DNA of 64,000 nucleotides from an uncultured Planctomycetaceae bacterium (GTDB lineage: Bacteria > Planctomycetota > Planctomycetia > Isosphaerales > Isosphaeraceae), in NCBI GenBank assembly GCA_963833985.1, contig CAWIAD010000001.1:2176001-2240000 (forward strand), in the 5' to 3' direction. The position numbers and the translations under genes are program-made. The notes under the pieces are model-generated. The model was not told where the DNA came from, made no database searches, and saw nothing but the letters and a program-made list of their open reading frames with translations. This document shows positions 1 through 10,697 of the stretch, piece after piece. Each line of letters opens with the position of its first letter. The first letter of the stretch is position 1.

Positions 1-300
1 CGATCGGCTCAGCGGCAGGCCGTGGAAGAGGTTGACGCTGGCGACGAAGTCGAGCGCGTCGGTGAAGCTGCCGACGACGATCTCGGCGGGAATGGTCCGC
101 TTGCCCAGCATCACGGCGGCGGCGTGACGGTGAAAGCCGTCGGCGACCAGCCATTTGCCATCCACCTCGTATACGGTGATCGGCGGCAACCGATCCCACG
201 AATCTGCATAGCGTTCGACCGTGAAGTCGTCGAGCCGGTCTCTCAGGTTGAGATTGGGATCGAGGACCAGGTCGCTCAGTGGCACGTTCCGGATGTCCAT
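1..300 (-). CDS. ParB/Srx-like N-terminal domain protein (partial, runs off window start)
   Basis: Not in ORF track. Manual translation from ATG at 300: MDIRNVPLSDLVLDPNLNLRDRLDDFTVERYADSWDRLPPITVYEVDGKWLVADGFHRHAAA...; the PPITV...DGxHR motif is typical of the ParB/Srx fold. Confidence 0.75.
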   Translation of the reverse strand, partial: MDIRNVPLSDLVLDPNLNLRDRLDDFTVERYADSWDRLPPITVYEVDGKWLVADGFHRHAAAVMLGKRTIPAEIVVGSFTDALDFVASVNLFHGLPLSRS

Positions 301-453
301 CGCGGCCGCTCCCACGTTGCTCGTACAAGAAAGGAAATGTGCGCTATCGAGTCGTTTCCCAGCAGGCTCTGTTGGCCTATGATCGGCAGAGCGATCGCGC
401 GGCTTGCGAAAGATCGAAAGATCGATCAGATCCAGGGTGGGGAGCTAACGAAG

Positions 454-1329
454 ATGAGGATTCTCGTGACGGGAGCGACCGGGCAGCTAGGTTCGTACCT
501 TGCTCTCGAACTGGCTCGCGACGACGCATGGCAGCCGATTCTCTGGAGCCGCCAGACGGAGAAGAGCCTGGCGGGACTGAGCGTTCGTTCTGTCGACCAG
601 ACCGATCCAGACCTCTTGCTCTCGGCCCTCGACGAGGCGGACCCTGAGGTCGTCATCCACGCGGCCGCGATGAGTGCGGCCGAGTCCGTACGCCAGGCAC
701 CCGAAGCCGCCTGGAGAATCAACGTGGAGGCGACCGGGCGGCTTGCTCGCTGGTGTCGGCAGCACGGCCGCAAGCTGGTCTTCACGTCGACCGACCTGGT
801 CTTTGACGGCACGCGCGGGTGGTATCGCGAGAGTGACACACCGGCGCCGGTGCTGGCCTACGGCCGCACCAAGGCCGCGGCCGAGCGTCTGGCGCTCGAG
901 GCTCCCGGCGCCGTGGTCGCCAGGCTTGCGCTGCTGTACGGTGCCTCGTGCGCCGGCCGCCCCTCGTTCTTCGACCGTGCCATCGAGCGACTGAAAGCTG
1001 GCGAGCCGCAAACATTCTTCGAGGACGAGCTCCGAACGCCACTGCATTACGCCACGGCGGCCCGGGCGCTGCTTCACCTTGCCAGGACTGAGGCAAGCGG
1101 CGTCGTCCACCTTGCGGGCCGCGAGCGAGTGAGCCGGTACGAGCTCATGCAAAGAGCCGCGCAGGCGCAGGGGCTTGACCCCGCGCTGGTGCGTGCGAAC
1201 CGGCGGCAGGATGCGGCTCTGGCCGAGCCTCGACCGGCCGATGTCTCGCTGGACTGCCGTCTGCTCGAATCGCTCTTGCCCGCGCTGGAGCGGCCCTCCA
1301 TCGAGGCCGCGCTCCTGGCCAGCGCGTGA
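454..1329 (+). CDS. dTDP-4-dehydrorhamnose reductase (RmlD)-like SDR
   Basis: MRILVTGATGQLG Rossmann motif, STDLVFDG, YGRTK (YxxxK), RPADVSLD C-terminal motif. True start at 454 within ORF 22..1329. Confidence 0.85.
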   Translation: MRILVTGATGQLGSYLALELARDDAWQPILWSRQTEKSLAGLSVRSVDQTDPDLLLSALDEADPEVVIHAAAMSAAESVRQAPEAAWRINVEATGRLARWCRQHGRKLVFTSTDLVFDGTRGWYRESDTPAPVLAYGRTKAAAERLALEAPGAVVARLALLYGASCAGRPSFFDRAIERLKAGEPQTFFEDELRTPLHYATAARALLHLARTEASGVVHLAGRERVSRYELMQRAAQAQGLDPALVRANRRQDAALAEPRPADVSLDCRLLESLLPALERPSIEAALLASA

Positions 1330-1350
1330 TGGCCGGCACCGTGGCACGGG

Positions 1351-2843
1351 TCATGTGACGCCAGGGGGGCGACGGCGCGAGAGGATGCTCCACGCGGGGA
1401 GTCCCAGCAGAATGAGGCCGATACCAGCCAGCGCCTGCACGCGGCTCTGCACGTCCAGCAGCATGTTGCCCAGCAGCAGGACGGCGGCCACGGTGTAGAG
1501 GAGTGGAGTGACCGGATAGCCCCAGGTGCGATAGGGACGGGGCAGGTCCGGCTGCTTGAACCGCAGCACGAAGACGCTGGTGATGGCCATCAAGTAGAAG
1601 AGGTTGGCGCCGAAGATCACGTAGGTGAGCAGGATGTCGTACAGGGGCGTCTGGTTCAGTGCGCTCCAGGCACGGACAACGGGTGCCAGGAGCAGGTCTG
1701 CGTTGCCGCCTGAAAGCCGCGGGGGCGGTATGAGGATGAGCGCCGTGGCGGCGATGGTGAGCAGGCTCGCCCACAGACCCTGGGCAATGATGGCGTTGGC
1801 CGGGGTCTCGAATCGGTCGTGGACCCGGCAGAACGCGCGCGGCAAGAGGCCGTCACGGGCCATGGCGAAGTAAGCCCGTGGCCCCGTGAGGGCGTTCCCA
1901 TTCAGCGAGATGAACGTGGAGCACATCACCAGCAGCGAGATCCCCACCACCCCGGGTTCGCCCAGCAGGTGGCGGCAGTAGACGGCCGCGACCGCCTTCT
2001 CGATTCCGTCTTCCTCCTGGTTGGCCGAGGCAACCTCCTGGAGCGGGAGCACGTAGTGGTAAGCCAGCGTCATGCCCAGGTAGACGGCGATGAGCGTGGC
2101 CATGCCGAGGATGAGGGCACGCGGCAGGTTGCGTCCCGGCTCACGCACCTCCTCGCCCAGCGGGGTGATGTTCACCCAGCCGTCGTAGGCCCAGAGCACA
2201 TGGACCATGGCCGCCATCATTCCGGTGAGCAGTGAGCTTGAGTAAACGGCTGGCCAGACGGGCTGAAGGTGGCGTGCCGAGCCCTGGCCCAGCAAGAGCG
2301 GCAGCAACATGAGCAGGAGGATGCCTCCGACCTTGATGGCGGTGCCGGCGACCTGGAGTGCACCTCCCCGGCGCGTGCCGAGCACGTTCACCACCGTGAC
2401 AAGGGCGATGGCGGCCACGGCCGCAACCGCTTGCCAGACGCGATCGTCGATGGCACCCGTCGGCCGGACGAGCAGGACGAAGTAACGCGCGAAGGCCGCC
2501 GCCAGCGTGGCCATGGAGCCGGTCCGCGCCACGGTGAACTCGGTCCAGCCGAAGAGGAACGCGGGCAGGCGCCCGTAGGCCGCGCGCAGGTAGACATAGG
2601 GTCCGCCCGCCTGCGGCATCATGGCACCCAGCTCGGCGAGGGTCAGCGCCCGGCCGCGCTGAAGATCCCCCCCACAATCCACACCAGGGCGATGCCGCCG
2701 AAGTACGGCACCTCGCCGGCAACCTTCGCCGGCACGAGGAAGATACCCGAGCCGATCACGCAGCCAACCACGACGCAGAACGCCTGGACCGGCCCGAGCA
2801 CGCGCGGCAGGGTGACGCTCCGCTGTTCCAGGTCCAGGCTCAT
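1351..2843 (-). CDS. APC-family amino acid permease (frameshift ~2650, probable sequencing error)
   Basis: VIGSGIF in ORF 2643..2843 joins LAELGAMMPQAGGPYVYL and WAYDGW in ORF 1351..2862; many TM helices; RPYRTWGYP tail. Confidence 0.88.
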
Positions 2844-5290
2844 TCACGTGGCTCCCGGTCAAGGCCGCCGGTCTTGATCGCCTGCATCACGCGTTCCAGT
2901 GCGCCGCTCGCCCGGTCGATCGCACGTGCGGTCAGGTCGATGGCCGGCCCAAGCTGCTCGGGCTTCTTCTCCTCGAGTACCTGCCGGACCGCCGGCAACG
3001 GCCAGGCGCCGTAACCGGTCGTGACGCCCGGCGCATACACGGCGTGCTTGAACCAGGTGCGGCCCGCCAGGCCCTCGGGCAGCAGGAACGCGCGCTCGAC
3101 GCGCGCCAGCGCGGCGTTCACCGGCTCGATTGCTTCGGCGGCAAGGGAGTGCCGGCGCGCGACCTGATCGAGCGCGCGGTCGACCTTGGCCGCCCGGGCC
3201 TGGAACCCGCGGACCGCTGTGATCAGGGGCAGGAACAGCTCGGTCACTTCGGCGGCCTCCGACGACTTCCGCGCCGGGTCTAGCTTGCCGCGAAGCTGGC
3301 GGACCCGAATGAGGCGCAACTCGTCAACATGGTCGCGCAGCGCCTCGCCGTACGGGACGAATCGCAAGGGGAGCAGTTCGGCCCCGGCCGCCCGCATCAT
3401 AAGGATCGTGTACAGCCGGGCGGCGGTCGCGTGCGTCAGGAATTCGGGGTCGCCAAACTTCTCCATCCAGTTGAAGTCGTCATAGATGGAATGGTAAACG
3501 CCGTAGCTGCCGGAGAAGCCCATGTCAAAGGATGGAATGGCCAGGTGATCCAGAAAGGCAGTGTAGTCCGAACCAGAGCCGAGCGGGTGAAGCTGGGCCA
3601 CGAAACCACGCGGCTGCTTCGGCGACGGGTTCCCCTCGGAACTCTCACCGTTGCGTTCCCAGACCGGGTCGCTGGTATCCAGCGGGCTTGTGGAGGTCCA
3701 GGCCGAGCGTCTGGCATCCATCCAGATGTCGTGGAGGGTCTTGCCGGTACGGAGGTCGGTGATGGCCCTGGCGGAGTCGAGGGCCAGATCGCGGAGTGAT
3801 GGAACACCGCCCATCTCGAGGTCGCGCCCGCTCACGGCAGAGTCCACGTTCAGCAGCAGTGCCAGCTTCTGATCGACGGCCCGGGCGTGTTCCTCGGCCC
3901 ACTCGGTGGAGCCCACCAGCCCGTACTCCTCCGCGTCCCAGCTTGCATAGACGAGCGTGCGCCTGGGCTTCCAGCCGGTCTTGACCGCCTCGCCAATCGC
4001 CCGGCACATCTCCAGCGTCGCGGCCGTGCCGCTGGAGGGATCGACGGCCCCGAAGACCCACGCATCACGGTGGTTTCCCACCATGATCCAGCGATCGGGC
4101 TCCACGGTACCGGGAATGGTGGCCATCACGTTCCAGATCGGCCGCAGCTTGTAGTCCATCATCACGGAGAACTCGACCTCGGCCGGGCCGGGCCCCACGT
4201 GATAGGCCAGCGGCAGACCGCCCTGCCAGCCAGAAGGAACGTTCGGGCCGGCCAGTACCTGGAAGATCTCACGCGCGTTGTCATAGCTGATCGGCAGCGA
4301 GGGGATCGTGGCGTAGTAGTCCTGGCGCTTCAGGCCGGTCTGCGTTTGCCAGTCCTTGACGGAAACCGGATTGCGTGGGTGGAGCACGTTCGTCGCGGGA
4401 CGGTCGAGGGGAAAGCCGTAGTCCTCGTCGAAGGGGAGCCGCTCGGCGTTCTTGACCGATGGACCGCGCGGCGTGGAGGGATCACCCGGGCCCAGCGACA
4501 GGAACTGGACGCTGCCGCGCTGGATTGCCGAGCCCGGTCGATACGGGCCGGCAGGGTAGACGTCGCCCCGGGCAAAGCCGTCATCGGCCGGATCCGAGTA
4601 AATGAGGATGCCGCGCGCGCCATGCTTCTGAGCATTGAGAACCTTCAGCCCGCGGAAGTTGCCGCCATAGCGCGCCAGCACAACCTTGTCCTGCACCGAG
4701 ATTCCCAGCTTCTCGAGCGCGTCGAAGTCTTCGGGCCGGCCGTAGTTAACGTAGACGACCTGCCCGCTCGCCAGGCCGCTGATGCCGTAGCCATGGAAGG
4801 CGCCGAACGCCTGGGAACTGGCGGAGTCCTTGTCGACCGCCAGGGGCGCCTCGTCCACGCGCAGGGCCTTTATGACCGGCAGGCGGAGCTGGAGCGATGG
4901 CCGGCCCAGGGGAAAGTTCAGCAACACCTCGTACGAGACCATCTCGGCCTTCCAGCCCCACTCCGCCAGCCGGTCGCGGACGAAGAGCGCCGTCTTGTAG
5001 TCGCCCGGCGTACCGGCGACGTGCGGCTCGGCGGTGAGGGTACGCAGCCATTTCCGGGCACTTTCAGGAGTGGGCACGCCGAGCGCGTGGCGCTCGGCCG
5101 CAAGCTGCCGTGCGCGCGAGGCTTCACTGAAGCCGATCGGCGAGGGCGACGCTGCTGCCGATGCCGGCGCATCCGCGCCATGAGCTTTCGTGTCGCCGCC
5201 GGCTCCCTGCGGGCCTTGCCCGAGTGCCGTTGAACCGATCAGGAAGAACGCTGGGAGAAGCTGAACCAGGCCGAAACCGGGTCGCCGCAT
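2840..5290 (-). CDS. M28 glutamate carboxypeptidase II-like peptidase (PA and transferrin-receptor dimerisation domains)
   Basis: Signal peptide; PHVAGT, YVNYGRPEDF, GNHRDAWVFGAVDPSSGT, WDAEEYGLVGSTEW, GSGSDYTAF, YHSIYD, WFKHAVYAPG. Confidence 0.92.
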   Translation of the reverse strand: MRRPGFGLVQLLPAFFLIGSTALGQGPQGAGGDTKAHGADAPASAAASPSPIGFSEASRARQLAAERHALGVPTPESARKWLRTLTAEPHVAGTPGDYKTALFVRDRLAEWGWKAEMVSYEVLLNFPLGRPSLQLRLPVIKALRVDEAPLAVDKDSASSQAFGAFHGYGISGLASGQVVYVNYGRPEDFDALEKLGISVQDKVVLARYGGNFRGLKVLNAQKHGARGILIYSDPADDGFARGDVYPAGPYRPGSAIQRGSVQFLSLGPGDPSTPRGPSVKNAERLPFDEDYGFPLDRPATNVLHPRNPVSVKDWQTQTGLKRQDYYATIPSLPISYDNAREIFQVLAGPNVPSGWQGGLPLAYHVGPGPAEVEFSVMMDYKLRPIWNVMATIPGTVEPDRWIMVGNHRDAWVFGAVDPSSGTAATLEMCRAIGEAVKTGWKPRRTLVYASWDAEEYGLVGSTEWAEEHARAVDQKLALLLNVDSAVSGRDLEMGGVPSLRDLALDSARAITDLRTGKTLHDIWMDARRSAWTSTSPLDTSDPVWERNGESSEGNPSPKQPRGFVAQLHPLGSGSDYTAFLDHLAIPSFDMGFSGSYGVYHSIYDDFNWMEKFGDPEFLTHATAARLYTILMMRAAGAELLPLRFVPYGEALRDHVDELRLIRVRQLRGKLDPARKSSEAAEVTELFLPLITAVRGFQARAAKVDRALDQVARRHSLAAEAIEPVNAALARVERAFLLPEGLAGRTWFKHAVYAPGVTTGYGAWPLPAVRQVLEEKKPEQLGPAIDLTARAIDRASGALERVMQAIKTGGLDREPRE

Positions 5291-5318
5291 GGCCGGACCT
5301 CACTTCAATAACGGGTGC

Positions 5319-5348
5319 TTGACAGAACGGGCTGGCCGGCGTCACACT
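5319..5348 (+). promoter_or_regulatory. Putative sigma70 promoter TTGACA-N18-CACACT
   Basis: Perfect -35 at 5319-5324 and weak -10 at 5343-5348 in a divergent intergenic region. Confidence 0.4.
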
Positions 5349-5562
5349 CTGGCCTGGAATGATGGCTGAACCACCGCGGGGCGAGGATCCCGGTTCTTCA
5401 CCGTCCACTCGCACTCCTGCTGGCGCCGGGGAGAGGAACCCAGGATACGGTTCCAGGCCCCTCGACACCAGACTCACGCGGCAAAGAGGCGCGGACCAGC
5501 GCCAGTCACATCCTGCGAGATGCGGGACTCCCTCAGGCTCAGACACGATTGCGAGACTCACG

Positions 5563-7114
5563 ATGATGGGAGTCGTGCCCGTGGTGCTCATCCTGCTGGC
5601 CCAGGCCGGCCCCGACGCTGCCGGGACGGCACGCCCACTCGCCGCCGGCGGTTACTGCCCTACCGGGTCGATGACTGAGCTCCATGACACCGGACTGCTG
5701 GCGCGGCTGCGTGACCCGGAAGCGCGGCCGCTCGGGTTCAGCTCGTACGACCGCACCGGCGGCAACAACGACGGGTTCAGCGGAACGTACTCAAAGCTCA
5801 GAACCGAGGGCGACAACTCGGTGCTGGCCGAGGTGGACGGCCCGGGAATCATTCAGCGCATCTGGTTCACGCACACGTCCGGTGAGCGCCCCGGCCTCCT
5901 CGACCATAAACACGAGCATATCAAGATTTTTCTTGATAACATCGAGCGGCCGGCTCTGGATGTTCCACTGGAGACGCTCTTCTCCGGAGCCCATCCGCAC
6001 TTTCCCCGTCCGCTGGTGTCCGAGGGATCGGGCGGGTTTGTCTCGTATGTCCCGGTTCCGTTCCGGCGCGGCTGCAAGGTGCTCATCGAAGGTCAGGGGG
6101 TGCGGTTCTACCAGATCGGCGTGCTGGCTCTGCCGGAGTCGGCGGCTGCCGCGGTGACGTCGTTTACCGCGGAGCCCAGGTCCCAAGAACGCACCGAGCT
6201 GGCGCATGCCGCGGCCGTGTGGGACCGGCCTGGCGCGTACGAGGAGAGCGAGCTGTCCGCGGCCGACGTGGCGAGCTACGAAGTGCAGGGCGTGGCAGGC
6301 AGCCGTCACGATTACGTGCTCCGCGCAGGCCCGGCCACCGTGCCGCTCACTGGAGGTGATCCCCGCGGCAACATTCGAAGAGGCGTGGAGAGAGGCCCGC
6401 CTGCGCATGGTCTGGGATGATGACGACACGGAGCATGCCGCGGTGGATCTGCCGCTGGGCCTGGCCTTCGGCTGTGTCGATGCGGCGCGTCCTTACGAGT
6501 CGCTTCTGATGGGCCAGCGCAGGCGCGCCTGGTATAACCGTTTCCCTATGCCGTACCGCCGCCAGGCCCTGCTCAGGATCGACACCGCAAGACCGCTCAA
6601 AGGGACCATCCGGGTCCGCTCCGTGCGCGGGACGGCGCCGGAGGCGGGCTTCTTGCATATGGCTCTGAAGGAAGCAGTGCCGGCACGTGCGGGCGAGGAC
6701 TTCGGGTGGCTCAAGGAAGAAGGCCGCGGTCATTTCGCGGGGGTCCTGCTCTTGACCGAGGGCAAGGCCCGGCTGCCCTTCTGGCTGGAGGGGGATGACC
6801 GGTTCGTGGTGGATGGCCGGCTTGCCATCCACGGCACGGGGACCGAGGATTACTTCAACTGTGGTTGGTATGCCTTGCCGGGCCGGCTCGACGGGCCGGC
6901 GGCCTATCCTGTGCATGGCTTCCCCATCTACCGCCAGCAAGGCGAACGCTGGCAGGCGGCGGCTTACCGCTGGCACCTGAGCGACCCGGTGATGTTTGCT
7001 CGCTCCATCACCGCGGGAATTGAGCATGGTGGAGAGAATAACGTCGCGGCGGACTACCGCGCGGCGGTATGTTGGTACTCGGAACGCCCCGGCAGTGGCC
7101 GGACCTATCCCTGA
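5563..7114 (+). CDS. DUF2961-domain (GH172-like) secreted protein (frameshift ~6343)
   Basis: SSYDRTGGNND, GPGIIQRIWFT and YVPVPF in the first frame; LEGDD, HGTGTEDYFNCGWY and YRWHLSDP in the second frame. Confidence 0.82.
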
Positions 7115-7179
7115 GCTCGTCCTTCACCCGACGGCAGGCGGCTTCTTCTCTCCCGGTCCGATTCCTCGAGGTGAGCACC

Positions 7180-7718
7180 ATGTCCTTGCATTTCACAGTC
7201 GGCGGCGCCCGCGACACCTTTGAGCCCGGCTATGCCGCGGAGGTCGCCGAACTGCTCGACAACGCCTTCGGCGCGGAGAGCCAGTGGGAACGCTCCACGG
7301 CGCTGCATTACGGCGAACAGGCGGACTGGGGCTGGTCCGAGCTCCAGCGCCGCGCCACGGCGGAGCTTGATCCCGCGGCGATCCCGAACTTGCTGGCGAT
7401 CGCGGCGGAGCAGGGGGAGTCTTCCTGCCGGCACACGTCCGGACCATCTCGCTGCCGCTCTCGGCCGGCGTGCCGCTCAAATGCGCCAGCCTGCACGGTC
7501 TGCGTGGCGAGCTTGCGGAACTGGCACGCTGCTGGGAACTGCCCCAGGATGACCAGGGCTTGCAGCAGCTTCTGGAGGTTGCCTGCGATCCCGATGACGG
7601 CTGCGTGGCCGAGCCACCGGAGATCCTCACCTTCGCCCGGCTGGCGCTCGCCGCCAACGAGGCGGCGCGGCGCGATTGCCCGCTCTGGCTGGTGGGCAAG
7701 ACGGGGCTGGGAGACTGA
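7180..7718 (+). CDS. Hypothetical protein (frameshift ~7415)
   Basis: MSLHFTVGGARD... after a GAGGTG RBS joins ...GVFLPAHV...LKCASL...RRDCPLWLVG across a G-run. Confidence 0.6.
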
Positions 7719-7792
7719 CGGCCAAGCGCCATCCAGTCGCCGCGGCTCAGGGCACCATGATCTGGATGGTTGCATAGGGAGGGAGCACGGGG

Positions 7793-8542
7793 TTGCCCGC
7801 GCAACGGTCGCTGGCGCTGGTGGTGCGCACGGTCGAGGTCTTCGAGACCAGCCTGGTCGTGACGCTGTTCACCCGTGAGCTGGGCAAGGTCTCTGCTCTG
7901 GCCAAGGGGGGCAGGCGGCTCAAGTCGCCCTTCCAGGGTGGGCTTGACCTGCTCAGCGTTTCGGATATTGTCTTGCTGCCCAAGGCGTCAGAGTCCCTCG
8001 ACCTCTTGACCGAGGCCGTGCCTCTGGAGCGCTTCGCATGTCTTCGCCGCGATCTGGCGGCCCTGTATGCCGGCTATTACGTTGCCGAACTGCTGACCGA
8101 TCTGACCGACTATCACGATCCGCACCCCAAGCTGTTCGAAGCGGCCAGGACCACCTTGCGGCACCTGGGGGATCCCGAATTGCGGACGCGAAGGGTCTTG
8201 AGATTCGAGCTGGCCTGTCTTCGTGAGCTGGGACTCATGCCCGCGCTGGACTGCTGTGCGCATTGCGGAACGCCCGTCGAGATGCGTGGGGACGTGGCTT
8301 TCGGCCTGGCGACCGGGGGAGTGCTCTGTCCGTCTTGCAGGCCGGGACAGCCGCACGTGACCACGCTCTCACCGGCTGCACTCGACGCCATCCGTGTCCT
8401 CGCCAGCCCTGGACGGGCGTGGCGTGATCTGGCGGCCGGTCCGCCGGGTTCCAACCTTGGTGCCGCGCGACAGACCGTCGGCGCAGTGATCAGTCACATC
8501 CTGGGGCACCGCCCCCGGGTCTTGCCTTTTCTCGGAGCGTGA
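7793..8542 (+). CDS. recO: DNA repair protein RecO
   Basis: ETSLVVTLFTRELGKVSALAKGGRR N-terminus, RFELACLRELG, zinc finger CAHC...CPSC. Confidence 0.93.
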   Translation: MPAQRSLALVVRTVEVFETSLVVTLFTRELGKVSALAKGGRRLKSPFQGGLDLLSVSDIVLLPKASESLDLLTEAVPLERFACLRRDLAALYAGYYVAELLTDLTDYHDPHPKLFEAARTTLRHLGDPELRTRRVLRFELACLRELGLMPALDCCAHCGTPVEMRGDVAFGLATGGVLCPSCRPGQPHVTTLSPAALDAIRVLASPGRAWRDLAAGPPGSNLGAARQTVGAVISHILGHRPRVLPFLGA

Positions 8543-8714
8543 ACCGATGAGCCTGGTCCCCCGGAACATCGGCGGGTCGCTCGCACCGTGGGGCGCGGAG
8601 CAGCCGGACTTGTGCTGGACCCCGAGCCATGCGATGCCGCATGAACCCAGCAAGCAGTGGGCGTCCTTTCCCTCCCTCCGCGGGTTGGCAAGAAACAACC
8701 CGACCGCCAGATCG

Positions 8715-10052
8715 ATGGTCCAGACCGTCCTGGGGGCGTGCCTCGTCACCGCCCTTGCGGGATGCCAGGGGCTCAATATCCCGTTCGCGCAGTGGTCGGC
8801 GGGTTATGACCCCTCGCTGGCCAAGAAAATCACCGCGGATGAAAAGAAAGGGGGCGCCTCGGATAAGGTTGAGGAACCGCGGACGCTGATCCAGCGCTGG
8901 TTGAACCCCAATGCCAGCGTCGATACCAAGGACGAGAGCACGAAGCTGCCGTCCTCCAATTCACCCTCCTCGTTGATTCTTGGCTCCGACGGCTGGCGGC
9001 CGATGATGAAACCCGCGAAGAACCCGGAGGCCGAGAAACAGTTCGACGAGGCGATGAAACTGTTTCAGCAGGGCAAGTTCGCCGAGGCGGAGAAAGCCTT
9101 CGCCGCCATGGCCAAAAAGTGGAAAGACACGCCGCCCTGGGGCGAGAAGTCAGAGTACTACCTGGCAGAGAGCCAGTATCAACAAAAGAAATACGTCAAG
9201 GCCAACGATAGCTACGAGCGTCTCTTCGCGGACCATCCCGGCACCGATTACCTGGACAAGCTGGTCAGCCGCGAGTACTCGCTGGCGCAGCTCTGGCTGT
9301 TGCAGGCCGACCCGAAGGTCAAACCCGAGCAGAGACTTCCATGGTACTCGCATTTCACGGGTGAGCAGCCGCTCATTGACACCCAGGGCACAGCGCTGAA
9401 GGCCCTGGAACACGTCCGCCATCACTGGTCGGAGGGGCCGCTGGCCGACGACGCACTGATTCAGATCGCCGAATATCACATGAACAGCCACGATTACGAA
9501 TCGGCGGCCACCTACTACGATTATCTCATCGCCGACCACTCCAAGAGCCCCTTTTTCCAGAAAGCACAGCTCGCCGCAATCGACGCCCGCATGAAAGGCT
9601 ACCTCGGCCCCGAGTACGACGGCGCGGGGCTCGAGAAAGCCCGCGAGCTGGTCAAACAAACGATGACCAGCTTCCCCGACCACGCGAATTACGAGAACCT
9701 CTACCACACGCTCGACCTGATCAACGACCAGGAGGCGGAACGCACCTTCAGGATCGGCGAGTACTACAAGCGGATCGGCAAGGTCACCTCCGCCGAGTAC
9801 TACTTTGGCAAGCTCCCCCAGCGCTGGCCTTCCAGCCACTGGTCTGTGCAGGCGAAGACCGAACTCGCTCAGCTTGCCAAGCTGCCGCGGAAACCCTCCG
9901 TGCCCAGCAAGATCATGACCTCGCCCGGCTCCAACGACCCGTACTACAGCGCCGGCATGGGCGGCATGGGGCTTGGCGGTATGGGTGGCATGGGCGGCAT
10001 GGGCGGCGGTATGGGTGGCATGGGCGGCGGTATGCCGGGAGGCATGGGATGA
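8715..10052 (+). CDS. bamD: BamD-like TPR outer-membrane assembly lipoprotein
   Basis: Lipobox LAGC, TPR repeats (YYLAESQY, LADDALIQIAEY, AERTFRIGEYY); lies between recO and lptE. Start uncertain (8547-8715). Confidence 0.75.
   Translation: MVQTVLGACLVTALAGCQGLNIPFAQWSAGYDPSLAKKITADEKKGGASDKVEEPRTLIQRWLNPNASVDTKDESTKLPSSNSPSSLILGSDGWRPMMKPAKNPEAEKQFDEAMKLFQQGKFAEAEKAFAAMAKKWKDTPPWGEKSEYYLAESQYQQKKYVKANDSYERLFADHPGTDYLDKLVSREYSLAQLWLLQADPKVKPEQRLPWYSHFTGEQPLIDTQGTALKALEHVRHHWSEGPLADDALIQIAEYHMNSHDYESAATYYDYLIADHSKSPFFQKAQLAAIDARMKGYLGPEYDGAGLEKARELVKQTMTSFPDHANYENLYHTLDLINDQEAERTFRIGEYYKRIGKVTSAEYYFGKLPQRWPSSHWSVQAKTELAQLAKLPRKPSVPSKIMTSPGSNDPYYSAGMGGMGLGGMGGMGGMGGGMGGMGGGMPGGMG
9953..10049 (+). 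repeat. GGCATG-rich coding repeat encoding a (GGM)n tail
   Basis: Encodes [32 protein letters not shown] at the BamD C-terminus. Confidence 0.9.
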
Positions 10053-10097
10053 CGATCCACTCCCGCGTCCAGGCCGCAAGCAGGGAGAGCGAGGGCC

Positions 10098-10682
10098 ATG
10101 CATAAGATGCGTATTCGACCGCCCAGCCTCGTTCGATACGCTGCGCCGGACTCCGGGCGTTGTCTCACACGCGGAACGCTGGCCTTGCTGCTTCTTGCCG
10201 CCATGGTTTCCGGCTGCGGATACACGGTGCGGGCACCATTCGACAAGAGCGTGCGGACCGTGTTTGTTCCTGTCTTCCGCACCCAGTCCTATCGCCGCGA
10301 CCTGAATCTCAACCTCACCGAGATGATCCAGAAAGAGATCATGCAGCGCAGCCCCTACAAGGTGGTCGGGAACCCCAAGGAAGCCGACACGATTCTGGAC
10401 GGCACCATCAATTACGCAGACAAGAACATCGTGGTCGAGAACCCCTTCAACATGCCCCGCGAGCTCAATGCAACGATCGCCGCCTCGGTGAAGTGGACGC
10501 ACAACCCGCCCACGGATGACGAGCTGAAACGCGGAACGACGATGGTATCCGAGACGGTGAACTTCGTTCCGGAGGCCGGCGAGACCACTCTGACCGCCTT
10601 CTATCGCGTCAACCAGCGCATCGCCGCGCAGATTGTCGATATGATGGAGCAGACGTGGTACACCAGTGACGAGCTGAAGTGA
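10098..10682 (+). CDS. lptE: LptE-like LPS assembly lipoprotein
   Basis: Lipobox VSGC-GY followed by VRTVFVPVF and ADTILDGTI; directly after bamD. Confidence 0.78.
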   Translation: MHKMRIRPPSLVRYAAPDSGRCLTRGTLALLLLAAMVSGCGYTVRAPFDKSVRTVFVPVFRTQSYRRDLNLNLTEMIQKEIMQRSPYKVVGNPKEADTILDGTINYADKNIVVENPFNMPRELNATIAASVKWTHNPPTDDELKRGTTMVSETVNFVPEAGETTLTAFYRVNQRIAAQIVDMMEQTWYTSDELK

Positions 10683-10697
10683 CGAGACGAGGCGAGC

